From an uncultured SAR116 cluster alpha proteobacterium (GTDB lineage Bacteria > Pseudomonadota > Alphaproteobacteria > Puniceispirillales > GCA-002684695), in contig CACMFN010000008.1 in NCBI GenBank assembly GCA_902612965.1, positions 6,560 through 70,559 on the forward strand: a DNA stretch of 64,000 bases, given 5' to 3'. The translations under genes and the position numbers were made by a program. Below are positions 44,317 to 54,890 of this stretch, piece by piece. The notes below the pieces were generated by a model. The model was not told where the DNA came from. It searched no databases and saw only the letters and a program-made list of their open reading frames with translations. Positions within the stretch are counted from its first letter, which is position 1. Each line of letters opens with the position of its first letter.

Positions 44317-45602
44317 TTAAAAATATTCTCCAATATAATCGTATCTTCTCTTTTTGGGCTTGTAGAAATTATATTTATTTTACAATGAATTAGACTTTCT
44401 AATCTTTTTATGTATTTAATTGCGTTCGCAGGCAATTTATCAAAATCACTTATTCCTTCAGTTTTCATATTCCATCCTTCAATAATTTCATAATTTGGTT
44501 GAATTTTATTTTGATCTATTTGACAGGAGGGAAAATAATTTATTTCTTTCTCTCCAATTTTATATGATGTGCATACTTTCAATTCATCAAATTTGTCCAA
44601 TACATCTAACTTTGTTAGCGCAATAGATGAAATGCCTGAGATTTTAATAGCTTGTTTAACCATAACAGCGTCAAACCAACCACACCTCCTCTTACGACCA
44701 GTAACAGTCCCAAACTCATGTCCTAATTCGCCAAGTTTATTTCCAATCTCATTTTTTTGTTCAGTTGGAAATGGACCTGATCCAACTCTGGTGGTGTATG
44801 CTTTTGTTATACCTAATACTTTACTAATATTTAATAATCCAAAACCTGATCCGCTAGCAGCATTACCTGAAACTGTAGAAGAGGACGTTACAAATGGATA
44901 TGTTCCATGATCAACGTCAAGCATAGTCCCTTGAGCACCTTCAAATAAAATTCTTTTACCTTTCAAATTATAGTTATCAAGGGTAACCCAGGTTTCATCA
45001 GCAAATTCCAAAACATATTGAGATATATCAAGTATATTTGCTAAAATATTTTCTGGATCTAAAGTTTCAATATTTTGTGCTTTGAGCCAAATATTATGGT
45101 GATCCAAAAGTTTGTTTACTTTTTCCTTGAGTAGACTTTTATCTTTTAAATCAGAAACCCTTATGGCCCTTCTTGCAACCTTATCTTCGTATGCAGGTCC
45201 AATACCTCTTCCAGTTGTCCCAATTTTAGAGTCACCTCTTTGGATTTCACGTGCTTTATCAATTTGAGAATGAATTGGTAATATTAATGGGGCAGAGTTT
45301 GAAATTTTCAAATTTTCACTTGAAATTTTGATACCTGTTTTTTTTATAGCCTCTATTTCATCTAACAGTGCCCACGGATCTATTACAACCCCATTTCCTA
45401 TCACAGAAATTTTATCTTGTCTTACAATACCAGAAGGTAATATAGACAATTTATAAGTTTTTCCATTGATTACAAGAGTATGGCCTGCATTATGGCCTCC
45501 CTGAAACCTTACAATTACATCAGCATTTTCTGACAGGTAATCAACAATCTTTCCCTTACCTTCATCACCCCACTGACTTCCAACAACTACTATATTGTTC
45601 AC
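44313..45602 (-). CDS. purA: Adenylosuccinate synthetase
   Basis: QWGDEGKGK, GGHNAGHT, GTTGRGIGP, EGAQG, TTRVG; likely GTG start at 45602. Confidence 0.98.
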   Translation of the reverse strand: MNNIVVVGSQWGDEGKGKIVDYLSENADVIVRFQGGHNAGHTLVINGKTYKLSILPSGIVRQDKISVIGNGVVIDPWALLDEIEAIKKTGIKISSENLKISNSAPLILPIHSQIDKAREIQRGDSKIGTTGRGIGPAYEDKVARRAIRVSDLKDKSLLKEKVNKLLDHHNIWLKAQNIETLDPENILANILDISQYVLEFADETWVTLDNYNLKGKRILFEGAQGTMLDVDHGTYPFVTSSSTVSGNAASGSGFGLLNISKVLGITKAYTTRVGSGPFPTEQKNEIGNKLGELGHEFGTVTGRKRRCGWFDAVMVKQAIKISGISSIALTKLDVLDKFDELKVCTSYKIGEKEINYFPSCQIDQNKIQPNYEIIEGWNMKTEGISDFDKLPANAIKYIKRLESLIHCKINIISTSPKREDTIILENIFN

Positions 45603-45661
45603 ATGTTTACCTATCAATCCTTTCACAATCAAAAAAAAACAAAAAGAGTATTTTCAAAAAC

Positions 45662-47254
45662 TCAAAAATTCATGCTATCGACCCTAACAACATGTTCTAG
45701 GTTACTGATAGATTCTATAATCATTTTATTTACTTTCTGATCAACTGCAATTAAAGCGACAGCTTCACCAGAGTTTTCTCTTCTTCCTAAATGAAAAGAT
45801 GCAATATTAATATCTTTTTCTGCAAGCAAAGTACCAATGGATCCAATAAACCCTGGCTTATCATAGTTCCTAACATAAAGCATATTTGTAAAAAAATTTG
45901 CTTCTATTGGGATCCCTTGAACTTCTGTAATTCTTGGAATTTTACCACCTATTAAAGTTCCTGAAATTTTACGTGATTTATTTTCATAATTCACTGTGAC
46001 AGTTATCAAATTCTGATAATCACATTTTCTATCATGATTAATTGTAGAAATTTCAAGTCCTTTCTGCTTTGCAATTTGAATGGAATTAATAATGTTTACT
46101 GTGTCAATATGACTTTTAAATATACCACAGAATACAGAAGATAAAATAGATGAACTATTTATCTCTGAAGCTTTACCATCAAACTCTATTTTCACAGAAA
46201 TAATATTTTGTTCACCTACATTAACTTGTCCTAAAAAACTTCCTAATAATTCTGAAAGTTTTGCATATGGCTTTATGATTGGAGCTTCATCAGCACTAAT
46301 TGAAGGTGTATTTAAGGAGTTTATTATGGCTCCTTTTAATAAATAATCAGAAATTTGCTCAGCTATCTGATTTGCAACTTTTTCCTGAGCTTCAAGAGTG
46401 CTCGCGCCTAAATGAGGGGTTAAAATAGTATTAGGAGTTTTAAATAAAATGTTAGATACGGCAGGTTCTTTTTCAAAGACATCTATTGCTGCACCATGAA
46501 TATGATTGGAGTTAATTGCATCTGATAATGCTTTTTCATCTATAAGACCTCCCCTAGCACAGTTTATTATCCATGCACCTTTTTTTATTGAGTAAATATT
46601 ATCTGAATTGATTATATTCCTTGTTGTATCTGTTAGAGGAGTATGAATTGAAATAATATCAGATGAAGCTAACAAGTTTTCAAAAGATACTTTTTCAATT
46701 CCTAACTCCTTTGACTTATCATCAGTTAAGAATGGATCATATACTTGAACATTCATTTTTAGCCCTTTAGCTCTGTCTACGACGATAGATCCTATATTAC
46801 CACAACCAATTAAGCCTAACTTCTTGCCTGTTATTTCAGTGCCAACAAATTTTGATTTTTCCCACTTACCTTTTTTAGTAGAAACATTTGCATCTGGTAT
46901 CTGTCTAGCAAGAGACATTATCATTGCGATAGTATGCTCAGCTGTAGTAATAGAATTTCCGTGTGGCGTATTCATCACAATTATTCCTTTAGATGTTGCA
47001 GAATCAATATCAATATTGTCTACACCTATACCAGCTCTTCCAATAACTTTTAAATTTGAGGATAATAATAATATTTCTTTATCAACGTTTGTATTTGATC
47101 GAATTGCAAGTGCGTCATAGTTGTGAATGATTTTTTTTAACCTCTCACGACTTAAGTCAGGCAGATAATCAACGTCAATACCCTTATTTTTGAAAATTAA
47201 TATAGCGCTATCACTCAAATGATCAGAAATTAAAACTTTCATTGGCTCAGTCAT
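45662..47254 (-). CDS. serA: D-3-phosphoglycerate dehydrogenase (long type with ACT domain)
   Basis: RAGIGVDNID, GCGNIG, NCARG, PHLGAST, C-terminal DKPGFIG...NIASFHLGR; start uncertain. Confidence 0.95.
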   Translation of the reverse strand: MTEPMKVLISDHLSDSAILIFKNKGIDVDYLPDLSRERLKKIIHNYDALAIRSNTNVDKEILLLSSNLKVIGRAGIGVDNIDIDSATSKGIIVMNTPHGNSITTAEHTIAMIMSLARQIPDANVSTKKGKWEKSKFVGTEITGKKLGLIGCGNIGSIVVDRAKGLKMNVQVYDPFLTDDKSKELGIEKVSFENLLASSDIISIHTPLTDTTRNIINSDNIYSIKKGAWIINCARGGLIDEKALSDAINSNHIHGAAIDVFEKEPAVSNILFKTPNTILTPHLGASTLEAQEKVANQIAEQISDYLLKGAIINSLNTPSISADEAPIIKPYAKLSELLGSFLGQVNVGEQNIISVKIEFDGKASEINSSSILSSVFCGIFKSHIDTVNIINSIQIAKQKGLEISTINHDRKCDYQNLITVTVNYENKSRKISGTLIGGKIPRITEVQGIPIEANFFTNMLYVRNYDKPGFIGSIGTLLAEKDINIASFHLGRRENSGEAVALIAVDQKVNKMIIESISNLEHVVRVDSMNF

Positions 47255-47263
47255 ATTTAGCAA

Positions 47264-48598
47264 TTAATACTTAGAAAAAATTTTTTCAAATTCACCAATT
47301 GTTGATTTTATAAGTGTTGAATTATTACTTTCAACCATAATGCGAATAATTTTTTCTGTTCCGGAAGGTCTAACAATTACACGAGCATCATCTTTTACTT
47401 TTTGGATAACCATATGTATTTGTTCCTTTAATTCAACTTTATCTAATATATCTTTATCAATACCTTTGATATTGTAGATAGTTTGAGGTATGGGAGTAAA
47501 TTTTTTAAAAAAATTACTTGATAATTTGTTTTCTCTGACAAACTCACATAAAATAATTAACGCATTCATTAAGGCATCACCTGTCTTTGATAGATGTGGA
47601 ATTAAAATATGCCCTGATGGCTCTCCACCCAAAGAATAATTAAATTGTTTGATAGCTTCTGATATATACCTATCCCCAACATCAGTTCTCATTAGATTTA
47701 TTCCAATATTATTTAACCATAAGTCAAATGCATGATTAGTCATGGAGGTGCCTACAATTGTGGAGTTCTTCAATTCACCGTCTCGTTGTAATTTAATTGC
47801 CAAAACAGCTAAGAGTTGATCGCCATCAATAATATTTCCCTTCTCATCAGAAACTATTAAACGATCAGCATCACCATCAAAAGCAATACCAATATCTGCA
47901 TTATTATCAATCACTGCATGAGCCATTTTTTTAGGATAAACTGCACCACAATCTTTATTTATATTAAACCCATCTGGATCTACATTAATAGGAACAACAT
48001 CAGCTCCAAGCTCAAAAAGCGCTTGTGGAGCTGCTTTATATGCAGCACCATTAGCACAATCAACAACTATTTTTAAATTTTCTAATCTCTGATTTTTATC
48101 AATACAAGATTTTACAGCCTCTATATAACGACCCACTGCATCCTCTAATCTCTTTACTCGGCCTAATTTACTTGGATCTGCAAGTTTTATTTCTTGCCGC
48201 ATAAGAGATGAAATTTTATTTTCCATACTATCTGAAAGTTTAAGGCCGTCAGGACCAAATAGTTTAATACCATTATCTTCTGAAGGATTATGTGAAGCCG
48301 ATATCATAACTCCCAAATCAGCTCTAAAAGACCTTGTTAACCTTGATACACCAGGGGTTGGTATTGGTCCAAGAGTAAGACAGTCCATGCCCATTGAAGT
48401 AAATCCTGCTACGAGAGCAGGCTCGAGCATATAACCTGATAAACGGGTATCCTTTCCGATTATTACTCTATTTAAATTTGAACCACCTTTTCCAAAATAT
48501 ATACTAGCTGCTGAAATTGCAACTTTTTGGATTAGTTCTACTGTCATTGGCCATTGGTTAACCTTGCCTCTTATCCCGTCTGTGCCAAAGATATTCAT
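47264..48598 (-). CDS. glmM: Phosphoglucosamine mutase
   Basis: FGTDGIRG, ISASHNP, DGDADR, RPSGTE. Confidence 0.96.
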   Translation of the reverse strand: MNIFGTDGIRGKVNQWPMTVELIQKVAISAASIYFGKGGSNLNRVIIGKDTRLSGYMLEPALVAGFTSMGMDCLTLGPIPTPGVSRLTRSFRADLGVMISASHNPSEDNGIKLFGPDGLKLSDSMENKISSLMRQEIKLADPSKLGRVKRLEDAVGRYIEAVKSCIDKNQRLENLKIVVDCANGAAYKAAPQALFELGADVVPINVDPDGFNINKDCGAVYPKKMAHAVIDNNADIGIAFDGDADRLIVSDEKGNIIDGDQLLAVLAIKLQRDGELKNSTIVGTSMTNHAFDLWLNNIGINLMRTDVGDRYISEAIKQFNYSLGGEPSGHILIPHLSKTGDALMNALIILCEFVRENKLSSNFFKKFTPIPQTIYNIKGIDKDILDKVELKEQIHMVIQKVKDDARVIVRPSGTEKIIRIMVESNNSTLIKSTIGEFEKIFSKY

Positions 48599-48658
48599 TA
48601 ATCTATTCTCTTTAAATTTTTTTTCGAATTATAACATCACTGGATTTATTATAATAGC

Positions 48659-49738
48659 TCAAAATCGTTTATTTAAATAATTACTTATGTTTAGAGCTTG
48701 ATTTGATTCAAATACATCATGGACCCTTATAATCTGTAAACCTAAAATATTAGCATAACATAATAAAGATATTGAACCTGCTATTCTATCATTTGCAACT
48801 TCATTGTTTGACAAAGCAGCTATTGTAGATTTGCGTGATGTCCCGAGCAATACAGGCACACCTAGGGTCTGAAACATAGGCAACCAAGCCATAATTTGCA
48901 TATTGTGTACTGGGTTTTTACCAAATCCAAAACCTGGATCAATTGCAATTTTATTTTTCTTAATTCCAGCAGATAAAGCAACGTTAATTTTATGTTCTAG
49001 AAAATTGTATATTTCAATTGGAGCGAATTGATAGGATGGTTGAATTTGCATTGTCTCTGGAGTGCCTTGCATATGCATTATAACTATAGAAACGTTATTT
49101 TTAGATATTAAAGATGGCGTTAATGGATCAGACATGCCCGAAATATCATTAATAATTTTTGCACCATTATCTATTGCTTTTTCCATAACTAAACGTTTTC
49201 TTGTGTCTGCACTTACGAGATAACCTTTTTTTGATAACGCTTTAATAACTTTTAATACTCTATTAGCTTCTTCTTTTTCGCTGACATATTCTGCATTTGG
49301 TTTTGTTGATTCACCACCTACATCAATGATATCCGCTCCATGAGCACTCATCTTTTTTGCATGATCTAAAGCTTTATTTTCATCATCATAATTGCCACCA
49401 TCATAAAAGCTATCAGGAGTAACATTCAAAATACCCATAATCTTAACAGTATTCATTTCTAAATTTTCAAAATTTGTTTTTTTAATAAAAATATTATTAA
49501 ACTTATCCCTCAAAAGACCTCCAACTGCATTGGCAATTTTTTCAGCGTCTTTAAATGATATGCTTTGAGCAAAGTATTGCTCTTTATCATACCATATAAT
49601 ATCAATATCACTTTTACGTTGGCTTTTTATGGGTTTTATTATATTAGGTTTCAACCAAACAAGGCCTTGTGTTAAGGCCGTGTTTGGAATTAGATCTATT
49701 TTTCTAGGTAAATATAGAATACTATCTTTATTTGCCAT
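48659..49738 (-). CDS. folP: Dihydropteroate synthase with N-terminal extension
   Basis: MGILNVTPDSF, GGEST, DPGFGFGK, SRK, RVHD. Confidence 0.96.
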   Translation of the reverse strand: MANKDSILYLPRKIDLIPNTALTQGLVWLKPNIIKPIKSQRKSDIDIIWYDKEQYFAQSISFKDAEKIANAVGGLLRDKFNNIFIKKTNFENLEMNTVKIMGILNVTPDSFYDGGNYDDENKALDHAKKMSAHGADIIDVGGESTKPNAEYVSEKEEANRVLKVIKALSKKGYLVSADTRKRLVMEKAIDNGAKIINDISGMSDPLTPSLISKNNVSIVIMHMQGTPETMQIQPSYQFAPIEIYNFLEHKINVALSAGIKKNKIAIDPGFGFGKNPVHNMQIMAWLPMFQTLGVPVLLGTSRKSTIAALSNNEVANDRIAGSISLLCYANILGLQIIRVHDVFESNQALNISNYLNKRF

Positions 49739-51655
49739 TTATGTGGGTTGATGACCAGGCTTTATTCTACCAGAATTAGATGGAATAGATGTTCTAGGTT
49801 TTTTCCCTGCAATCGGGTCAACTTTATGATTTAATTTTTCATCTTTAACTAATTTTTTACCTTTAATTATGTTAGAGATGTCATCACTATTAAGTGTTTC
49901 ATACTCAAGTAACGCATTCGCTATCAAATCTAAGTCTTTCTTTTTCTTTTTAAGTATTTTAGATGCATCTATATATGCGTCATCGACAATTTTTCTAATC
50001 TCTTCATCAATAATTCTAGCAGTAGAATCAGATAGATTTTTTTGTTGGGAAACTGACCTGCCAAGAAATACTTCCTGCTCATCAGCACTATAGGCTAAGA
50101 AACCTAACTTATCGGAAAGGCCCCATTCAGTAACCATTCGTCTAGCTGTATCAGATACCATTCTAATATCTGAGGATGCGCCTGTTGTTACCTTATCTTC
50201 ACCAAAAATCATTTCTTCAGCAATTCTGCCACCACAAGCAACCCTAAGATCCGCAAAAAGCTTATCACGCGCCATAGAAACTCTATCACCTTCTGGTAAT
50301 CTCATTACCATGCCTAAAGCTCTACCTCTTGGTATAATCGTTGCTTTATGAATTGGATCAGAAGCTGGACAATTAATCGCAACAACAGCGTGTCCAGCTT
50401 CATGATATGCGGTTAATTTTTTTTCTTCATCAGTCATAACCATTGATCTTCTTTCAGATCCCATCATAACTTTGTCTTTAGACTCTTCAAATTCAAGATT
50501 TGAAACTGATCTTCTGCCTTTTCTAGCAGCTAACAAAGCTGCTTCGTTCACTAAATTGGCAAGATCAGCACCAGAAAATCCTGGAGTACCTCTTGCAATT
50601 GTTCTTGGCTGGACATCATCTGACAAAGGCACTTTTTTCATATGAACTTTCAAGATTTTTTCTCTGCCAAGTATATCTGGATTTGGAACCACAACTTGCC
50701 TATCAAATCTACCAGGCCTTAACAAAGCTGGATCAAGAACATCTGGTCTGTTGGTAGCTGCAATTAAAATTACACCTTCATTAGCTTCAAAACCATCCAT
50801 TTCAACTAGCAATTGGTTAAGTGTCTGCTCTCTTTCATCATTTCCACCACCAAGTCCAGCACCTCTGTGTCTTCCAACTGCGTCGATCTCATCAATAAAA
50901 ATTATACATGGTGCATTCTTTTTGCCTTGCTCAAACATATCTCTAACCCTGCTCGCACCAACACCAACAAACATCTCAACAAAATCCGACCCTGAAATAG
51001 TGAAAAAAGGTACTCCAGCTTCACCGGCTATAGCCCTAGCTAGAAGCGTTTTTCCAGTACCAGGAGGACCAACTAACAGACACCCTTTAGGTATTTTACC
51101 ACCTAATCTTTGAAATTTTTGTGGATCCTTTAAAAATTCAACTATTTCTTCAAGTTCAGTTTTCGCTTCGTCTATACCTGCAACATCTTCAAATGTTACT
51201 TTACCTTGTTTTTCAGTAAGAAGTTTAGCTTTTGATTTACCAAAACCCATTGCCTTGCCAGATCCTGATTGCATTTGTCGCATGAAAAAGATCCAGACAC
51301 CTATTAACAATAACATAGGAAACCAAGAAAGGAGAGTGGAAAGTATCCAAGAAACTTCTCGTTCAACAGGTTTCCCAATAATACGTACACCACTATTCTC
51401 AAGTAATGAGACTATGTTAGCGCCTTGAGGTGAAAAAGTAGTAATTGTTCTTCCACTAGTCGTAGCAGCTGAAATGGAGTTACCCGATATTGTTACCTCA
51501 CGAATATTTCCTGCTTTTACAGATTCAACAAAATCAGAATACGCTAATTCAGAAGAAACTCGCCCTGAATTTCCATTTTGGAATAAATTAAAGAGTAATA
51601 AAACAACAAGTATAATAGTAATCCATAAAAAAAGATTTTTGGTAAATGTATTCAA
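49739..51655 (-). CDS. ftsH: ATP-dependent zinc metalloprotease FtsH
   Basis: Two TMs, [16 protein letters not shown]. Confidence 0.99.
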   Translation of the reverse strand: MNTFTKNLFLWITIILVVLLLFNLFQNGNSGRVSSELAYSDFVESVKAGNIREVTISGNSISAATTSGRTITTFSPQGANIVSLLENSGVRIIGKPVEREVSWILSTLLSWFPMLLLIGVWIFFMRQMQSGSGKAMGFGKSKAKLLTEKQGKVTFEDVAGIDEAKTELEEIVEFLKDPQKFQRLGGKIPKGCLLVGPPGTGKTLLARAIAGEAGVPFFTISGSDFVEMFVGVGASRVRDMFEQGKKNAPCIIFIDEIDAVGRHRGAGLGGGNDEREQTLNQLLVEMDGFEANEGVILIAATNRPDVLDPALLRPGRFDRQVVVPNPDILGREKILKVHMKKVPLSDDVQPRTIARGTPGFSGADLANLVNEAALLAARKGRRSVSNLEFEESKDKVMMGSERRSMVMTDEEKKLTAYHEAGHAVVAINCPASDPIHKATIIPRGRALGMVMRLPEGDRVSMARDKLFADLRVACGGRIAEEMIFGEDKVTTGASSDIRMVSDTARRMVTEWGLSDKLGFLAYSADEQEVFLGRSVSQQKNLSDSTARIIDEEIRKIVDDAYIDASKILKKKKKDLDLIANALLEYETLNSDDISNIIKGKKLVKDEKLNHKVDPIAGKKPRTSIPSNSGRIKPGHQPT

Positions 51656-53040
51656 AATATAGCCTTAGGGTTTATTGGTTTAATAAATTTTATATTAATT
51701 TTATATTCTTTACTAATAAAAATTAATAAATGTTCGCATATACTAATGTGGTTATCACAGTTCATATCGTCAAGGTAAAATTTTATTTTTTTAAAATTAA
51801 ATATTTTTAAACTAACAGGTATATATGCTAGTGCTTCAATTGGTATTTTAAATGTTTTTGAAAATATATCTTGCAATAATATAGGGTGTTTTTGTTGAAG
51901 ACACTCAAACTCTATTTCTGGTTTTGAAAAAATTTGCCATCTGTTATCAAATATCATGTTTCCCAAATTAGACATAACTTTCTTTTTTGCGTTATGCTGA
52001 GACCAACGTAAAATAAAAACTCTTTGATATCTGTAAATTATTTTACATCCACCAAGAGTTCTTCCTGGCATTTTTGAAAGTATATTTTTATGTTTAATTA
52101 AATGTTTTAATAGCGAATTCGCATTTTTATTCTTAACAAAATATTTGTGTCCTCCTATAGTTTTTATTATTAACATCAAAACTCTTAAAGCTATGCTCTT
52201 ATTCAAGTTTGATAATGAAGGTACATCAACTACACTGAAGCCTAAATCATGAATTGGGAAATTAGAAGAACATATTTGACTGATTTTTTCATCTATAACA
52301 TTAACTATTTTGCCAATAAAAAATGAGGATAAATAAATGTTTTTAAAAAGTCTTTGCCTGTTTTTTATTTGGCAAAGAGTTTGTCTTATTTTCACTCTAT
52401 CAAATTTTATATCAAAATTTGATGCGTCAACTTCAAATTGAATTGAATATTTTTTACATGTTTTAGTAATTGAATTTTTTGTAAATTGATGAAAAGGTCG
52501 AATAACAGGTGTATCAAACCAATGATTAAAAAACTTAATACCGGATGAACCCCAAAACCCAGTATTTTTAGACATTCTCATAAAAACTGTTTCAACTTGA
52601 TCATTTAAGTGGTGGCCTAAAAATAATAAAGCGTTTTTTGATTTTGCAATTGAGGATAATATTTCTAATCTTTTGAAATGGGCCCATTCTTGTAAGCCAC
52701 TATTTCTGCAATTTTTATCCAATTTAATAATCTCTGCATCTATATTACTCATTTTAAGTCTATCCAGAGTTATATTAGCTTCCTCAAAAGAGGACTTTCT
52801 GAACTGGTGATCTATAATAACAGCATGAACCTTATAACCATTTTTTAATCCAAAACTCTTAAGAAAGTAGGACAATAGCATACTATCTGGACCTCCAGAC
52901 ACACCTACAACTAATTGCTTTGAAAATAATAGTTTACGAGAGCTTAAAAATGAAAAGAGATTATTTATAAATTCATCTTTATCAATTATTTCATCATTAA
53001 GTGAATAATCAATCACATGCCTTATCGGCTTTGAGTTCAT
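51652..53040 (-). CDS. tilS: tRNA(Ile)-lysidine synthetase
   Basis: [27 protein letters not shown]; upstream of ftsH. Confidence 0.93.
   Translation of the reverse strand: MNSKPIRHVIDYSLNDEIIDKDEFINNLFSFLSSRKLLFSKQLVVGVSGGPDSMLLSYFLKSFGLKNGYKVHAVIIDHQFRKSSFEEANITLDRLKMSNIDAEIIKLDKNCRNSGLQEWAHFKRLEILSSIAKSKNALLFLGHHLNDQVETVFMRMSKNTGFWGSSGIKFFNHWFDTPVIRPFHQFTKNSITKTCKKYSIQFEVDASNFDIKFDRVKIRQTLCQIKNRQRLFKNIYLSSFFIGKIVNVIDEKISQICSSNFPIHDLGFSVVDVPSLSNLNKSIALRVLMLIIKTIGGHKYFVKNKNANSLLKHLIKHKNILSKMPGRTLGGCKIIYRYQRVFILRWSQHNAKKKVMSNLGNMIFDNRWQIFSKPEIEFECLQQKHPILLQDIFSKTFKIPIEALAYIPVSLKIFNFKKIKFYLDDMNCDNHISICEHLLIFISKEYKINIKFIKPINPKAIF
51746..51774 (-). promoter_or_regulatory. Putative ftsH promoter inside the tilS 3' end
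   Basis: Minus strand CTTGAC-N17-CCACAT, about 90 nt upstream of the ftsH start. Confidence 0.5.
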
Positions 53041-54100
53041 TTATTTTCCTAACAAAACGTTCAGGTGGGTCTACAATAAAATTAAGCGAGTTTTCAAAAA
53101 CGGTACAAGCCTGTTCTGGAGGAGCAACATAACTCATTGCTTGAGCTATTCTTAAAGTAGTATCAACCGTCCTTGGATCATCTGGATATTTATCATTAAA
53201 CTCAATATCACTAAATGCTGAGTCTTCATATTTTTTCTGCTTAAACATTACACCACCATACCAATAGTGAGCATCTCTGTTTTTTTCATGATTAGGATGA
53301 AGCGCCATAAATTCTTTTAGGGCTATTTCTGCTTCATCATATTTTCTCTTTAAAGCTAAATCTAGAGAAAATTTGAACTGCTCTTCAGGAGCTAAGTCAG
53401 GCAAAATTGTATTTAAAGCGATTTCATTCTCATCCTCGTTAACTGATAATACACCAAGAGTTCCATTTTCATTTTGACTTATTTCTACTTCACCAACTAA
53501 TTGAGTTGATCCAGTTGACGGTATTTCTTCGGCATTATTAAGATTTTCGCTTGTAAAACCAGAATTATTATTGATGGAAATATTTTCTTGAATTTGGTTT
53601 GGAGCAATCGTATCAGAATTCAGCAATGACTCCATTCTCATTATTCTGATTTCAGATTTACCAATTAAATCTAGAGTAGAATTGAACCTTGAATCAATAA
53701 TCCTTATTTTATCTTTCAAAATTAATATTTCCTGACTCAAAGCATCATTATTTACATTAGAAGATGTGTTTTGAATATTATCCAGATTTTGATTTTTAAG
53801 TTTTGAATTGATTTTGTCTACCTCTTGTTTCAACAAAGATAAATCAACTTCTACTATTCCTCTTAGTTCCTTAACCGCATTTTCCAAAGCGTCAATTCTT
53901 TTTTGTTGACCAGAACTTATTACTGAAGCACCCTCACCACCATTATTGTAAACATACTTTTCTAAGTCAGCTAACTGCTTACTTAATTGCTGAAATCTTC
54001 CAGAAATACTATCAATATTAGTCTGAGCAAAAGCTGGGCAATTTAAGGATAAAATTATGCCAAAGAAAAATATTGCATATGAAAAAAAAATTTTTAACAT
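53009..54100 (-). CDS. cpoB: Tol-Pal coordinator CpoB (YbgF)
   Basis: Signal peptide, coiled coils, C-terminal TPRs (AHYWYG); follows pal. Confidence 0.85.
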   Translation of the reverse strand: MLKIFFSYAIFFFGIILSLNCPAFAQTNIDSISGRFQQLSKQLADLEKYVYNNGGEGASVISSGQQKRIDALENAVKELRGIVEVDLSLLKQEVDKINSKLKNQNLDNIQNTSSNVNNDALSQEILILKDKIRIIDSRFNSTLDLIGKSEIRIMRMESLLNSDTIAPNQIQENISINNNSGFTSENLNNAEEIPSTGSTQLVGEVEISQNENGTLGVLSVNEDENEIALNTILPDLAPEEQFKFSLDLALKRKYDEAEIALKEFMALHPNHEKNRDAHYWYGGVMFKQKKYEDSAFSDIEFNDKYPDDPRTVDTTLRIAQAMSYVAPPEQACTVFENSLNFIVDPPERFVRKINELKADKACD

Positions 54101-54147
54101 TACCACACCAATTATAATTTTAATCTAATTTATATTTTTAAATAGGC

Positions 54148-54176
54148 AAAAAAAAGGCACCTTATAGGCGCCTTTT
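54148..54176 (-). terminator. Rho-independent terminator after pal
   Basis: Minus strand GGCGCC-TATAA-GGTGCC followed by T8. Confidence 0.85.
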
Positions 54177-54194
54177 AAAATATATTATTATAGA

Positions 54195-54770
54195 TTAATC
54201 TATTGTAGTTACAGAACGCCTATTCATTGACCATGCAGCTTTATTAGAACCTAATACCTGAGGTCTTTCTTTTCCATAACTAACTACAGAAATTCTTTCA
54301 CTGTTAATACCAACTGATATCAAATAATCTTTAACAGCTGAAGCTCTTTTCTCACCAAGTGCTAAGTTGTACTCTCTAGTACCCCTTTCATCACAATGAC
54401 CCTCAATTGTTACTTTAAGTGATGGATTTTGATTCAAAAATTTGGCTTGATTGTCAAGAACTGACCTGTCGTCGTCATCTAATTCAGAACTATCATATCC
54501 AAATAATACTCTATCACCTACTTTTATTAAAGCAGTTTTTGGGTCTGTGTCATAAGAATATGTAGTTGTGCTATCAGAAGATGATCCTGATGCTCCACTA
54601 CTTGAGGTTGAAGAGCTACTACTGGAACTTGAGTCAGAACTTCCACTAGAAGCAGTACTTGTTGTAGCAGATGATCCAGAAACACCTGAGGCAATAGCGT
54701 CTATCTCAGAAGCAGTTTCACAAGCAGTTAACAAGGCCGCTCCTGCAGCAAGTAATAAAAATCTTTTCAT
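54195..54770 (-). CDS. pal: Peptidoglycan-associated lipoprotein Pal
   Basis: Lipobox LTAC, EGHCDERGTREYNLALG, SYGKERP, NRR. Confidence 0.98.
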   Translation of the reverse strand: MKRFLLLAAGAALLTACETASEIDAIASGVSGSSATTSTASSGSSDSSSSSSSSTSSSGASGSSSDSTTTYSYDTDPKTALIKVGDRVLFGYDSSELDDDDRSVLDNQAKFLNQNPSLKVTIEGHCDERGTREYNLALGEKRASAVKDYLISVGINSERISVVSYGKERPQVLGSNKAAWSMNRRSVTTID

Positions 54771-54800
54771 GAGGTCCCCTCGCTTACTTATATTAAATGT

Positions 54801-54829
54801 ATAATACTCAATTCATTAAGTTGTCGCAA
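54801..54829 (-). promoter_or_regulatory. Putative sigma70 promoter of pal
   Basis: Minus strand TTGCGA-N17-TATTAT. Confidence 0.6.
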
Positions 54830-54890
54830 GTTAATAAATTTTATAATAATTATCAAGTATATAAACTCTCATTTTGGTATTTTTTTATAA

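Noticed and set aside
54771-54781. GAGG-GGA-CCTC mini-hairpin over the pal SD (minus strand)
   Set aside because: A 4-bp stem with a 3-nt loop is too weak to claim regulation
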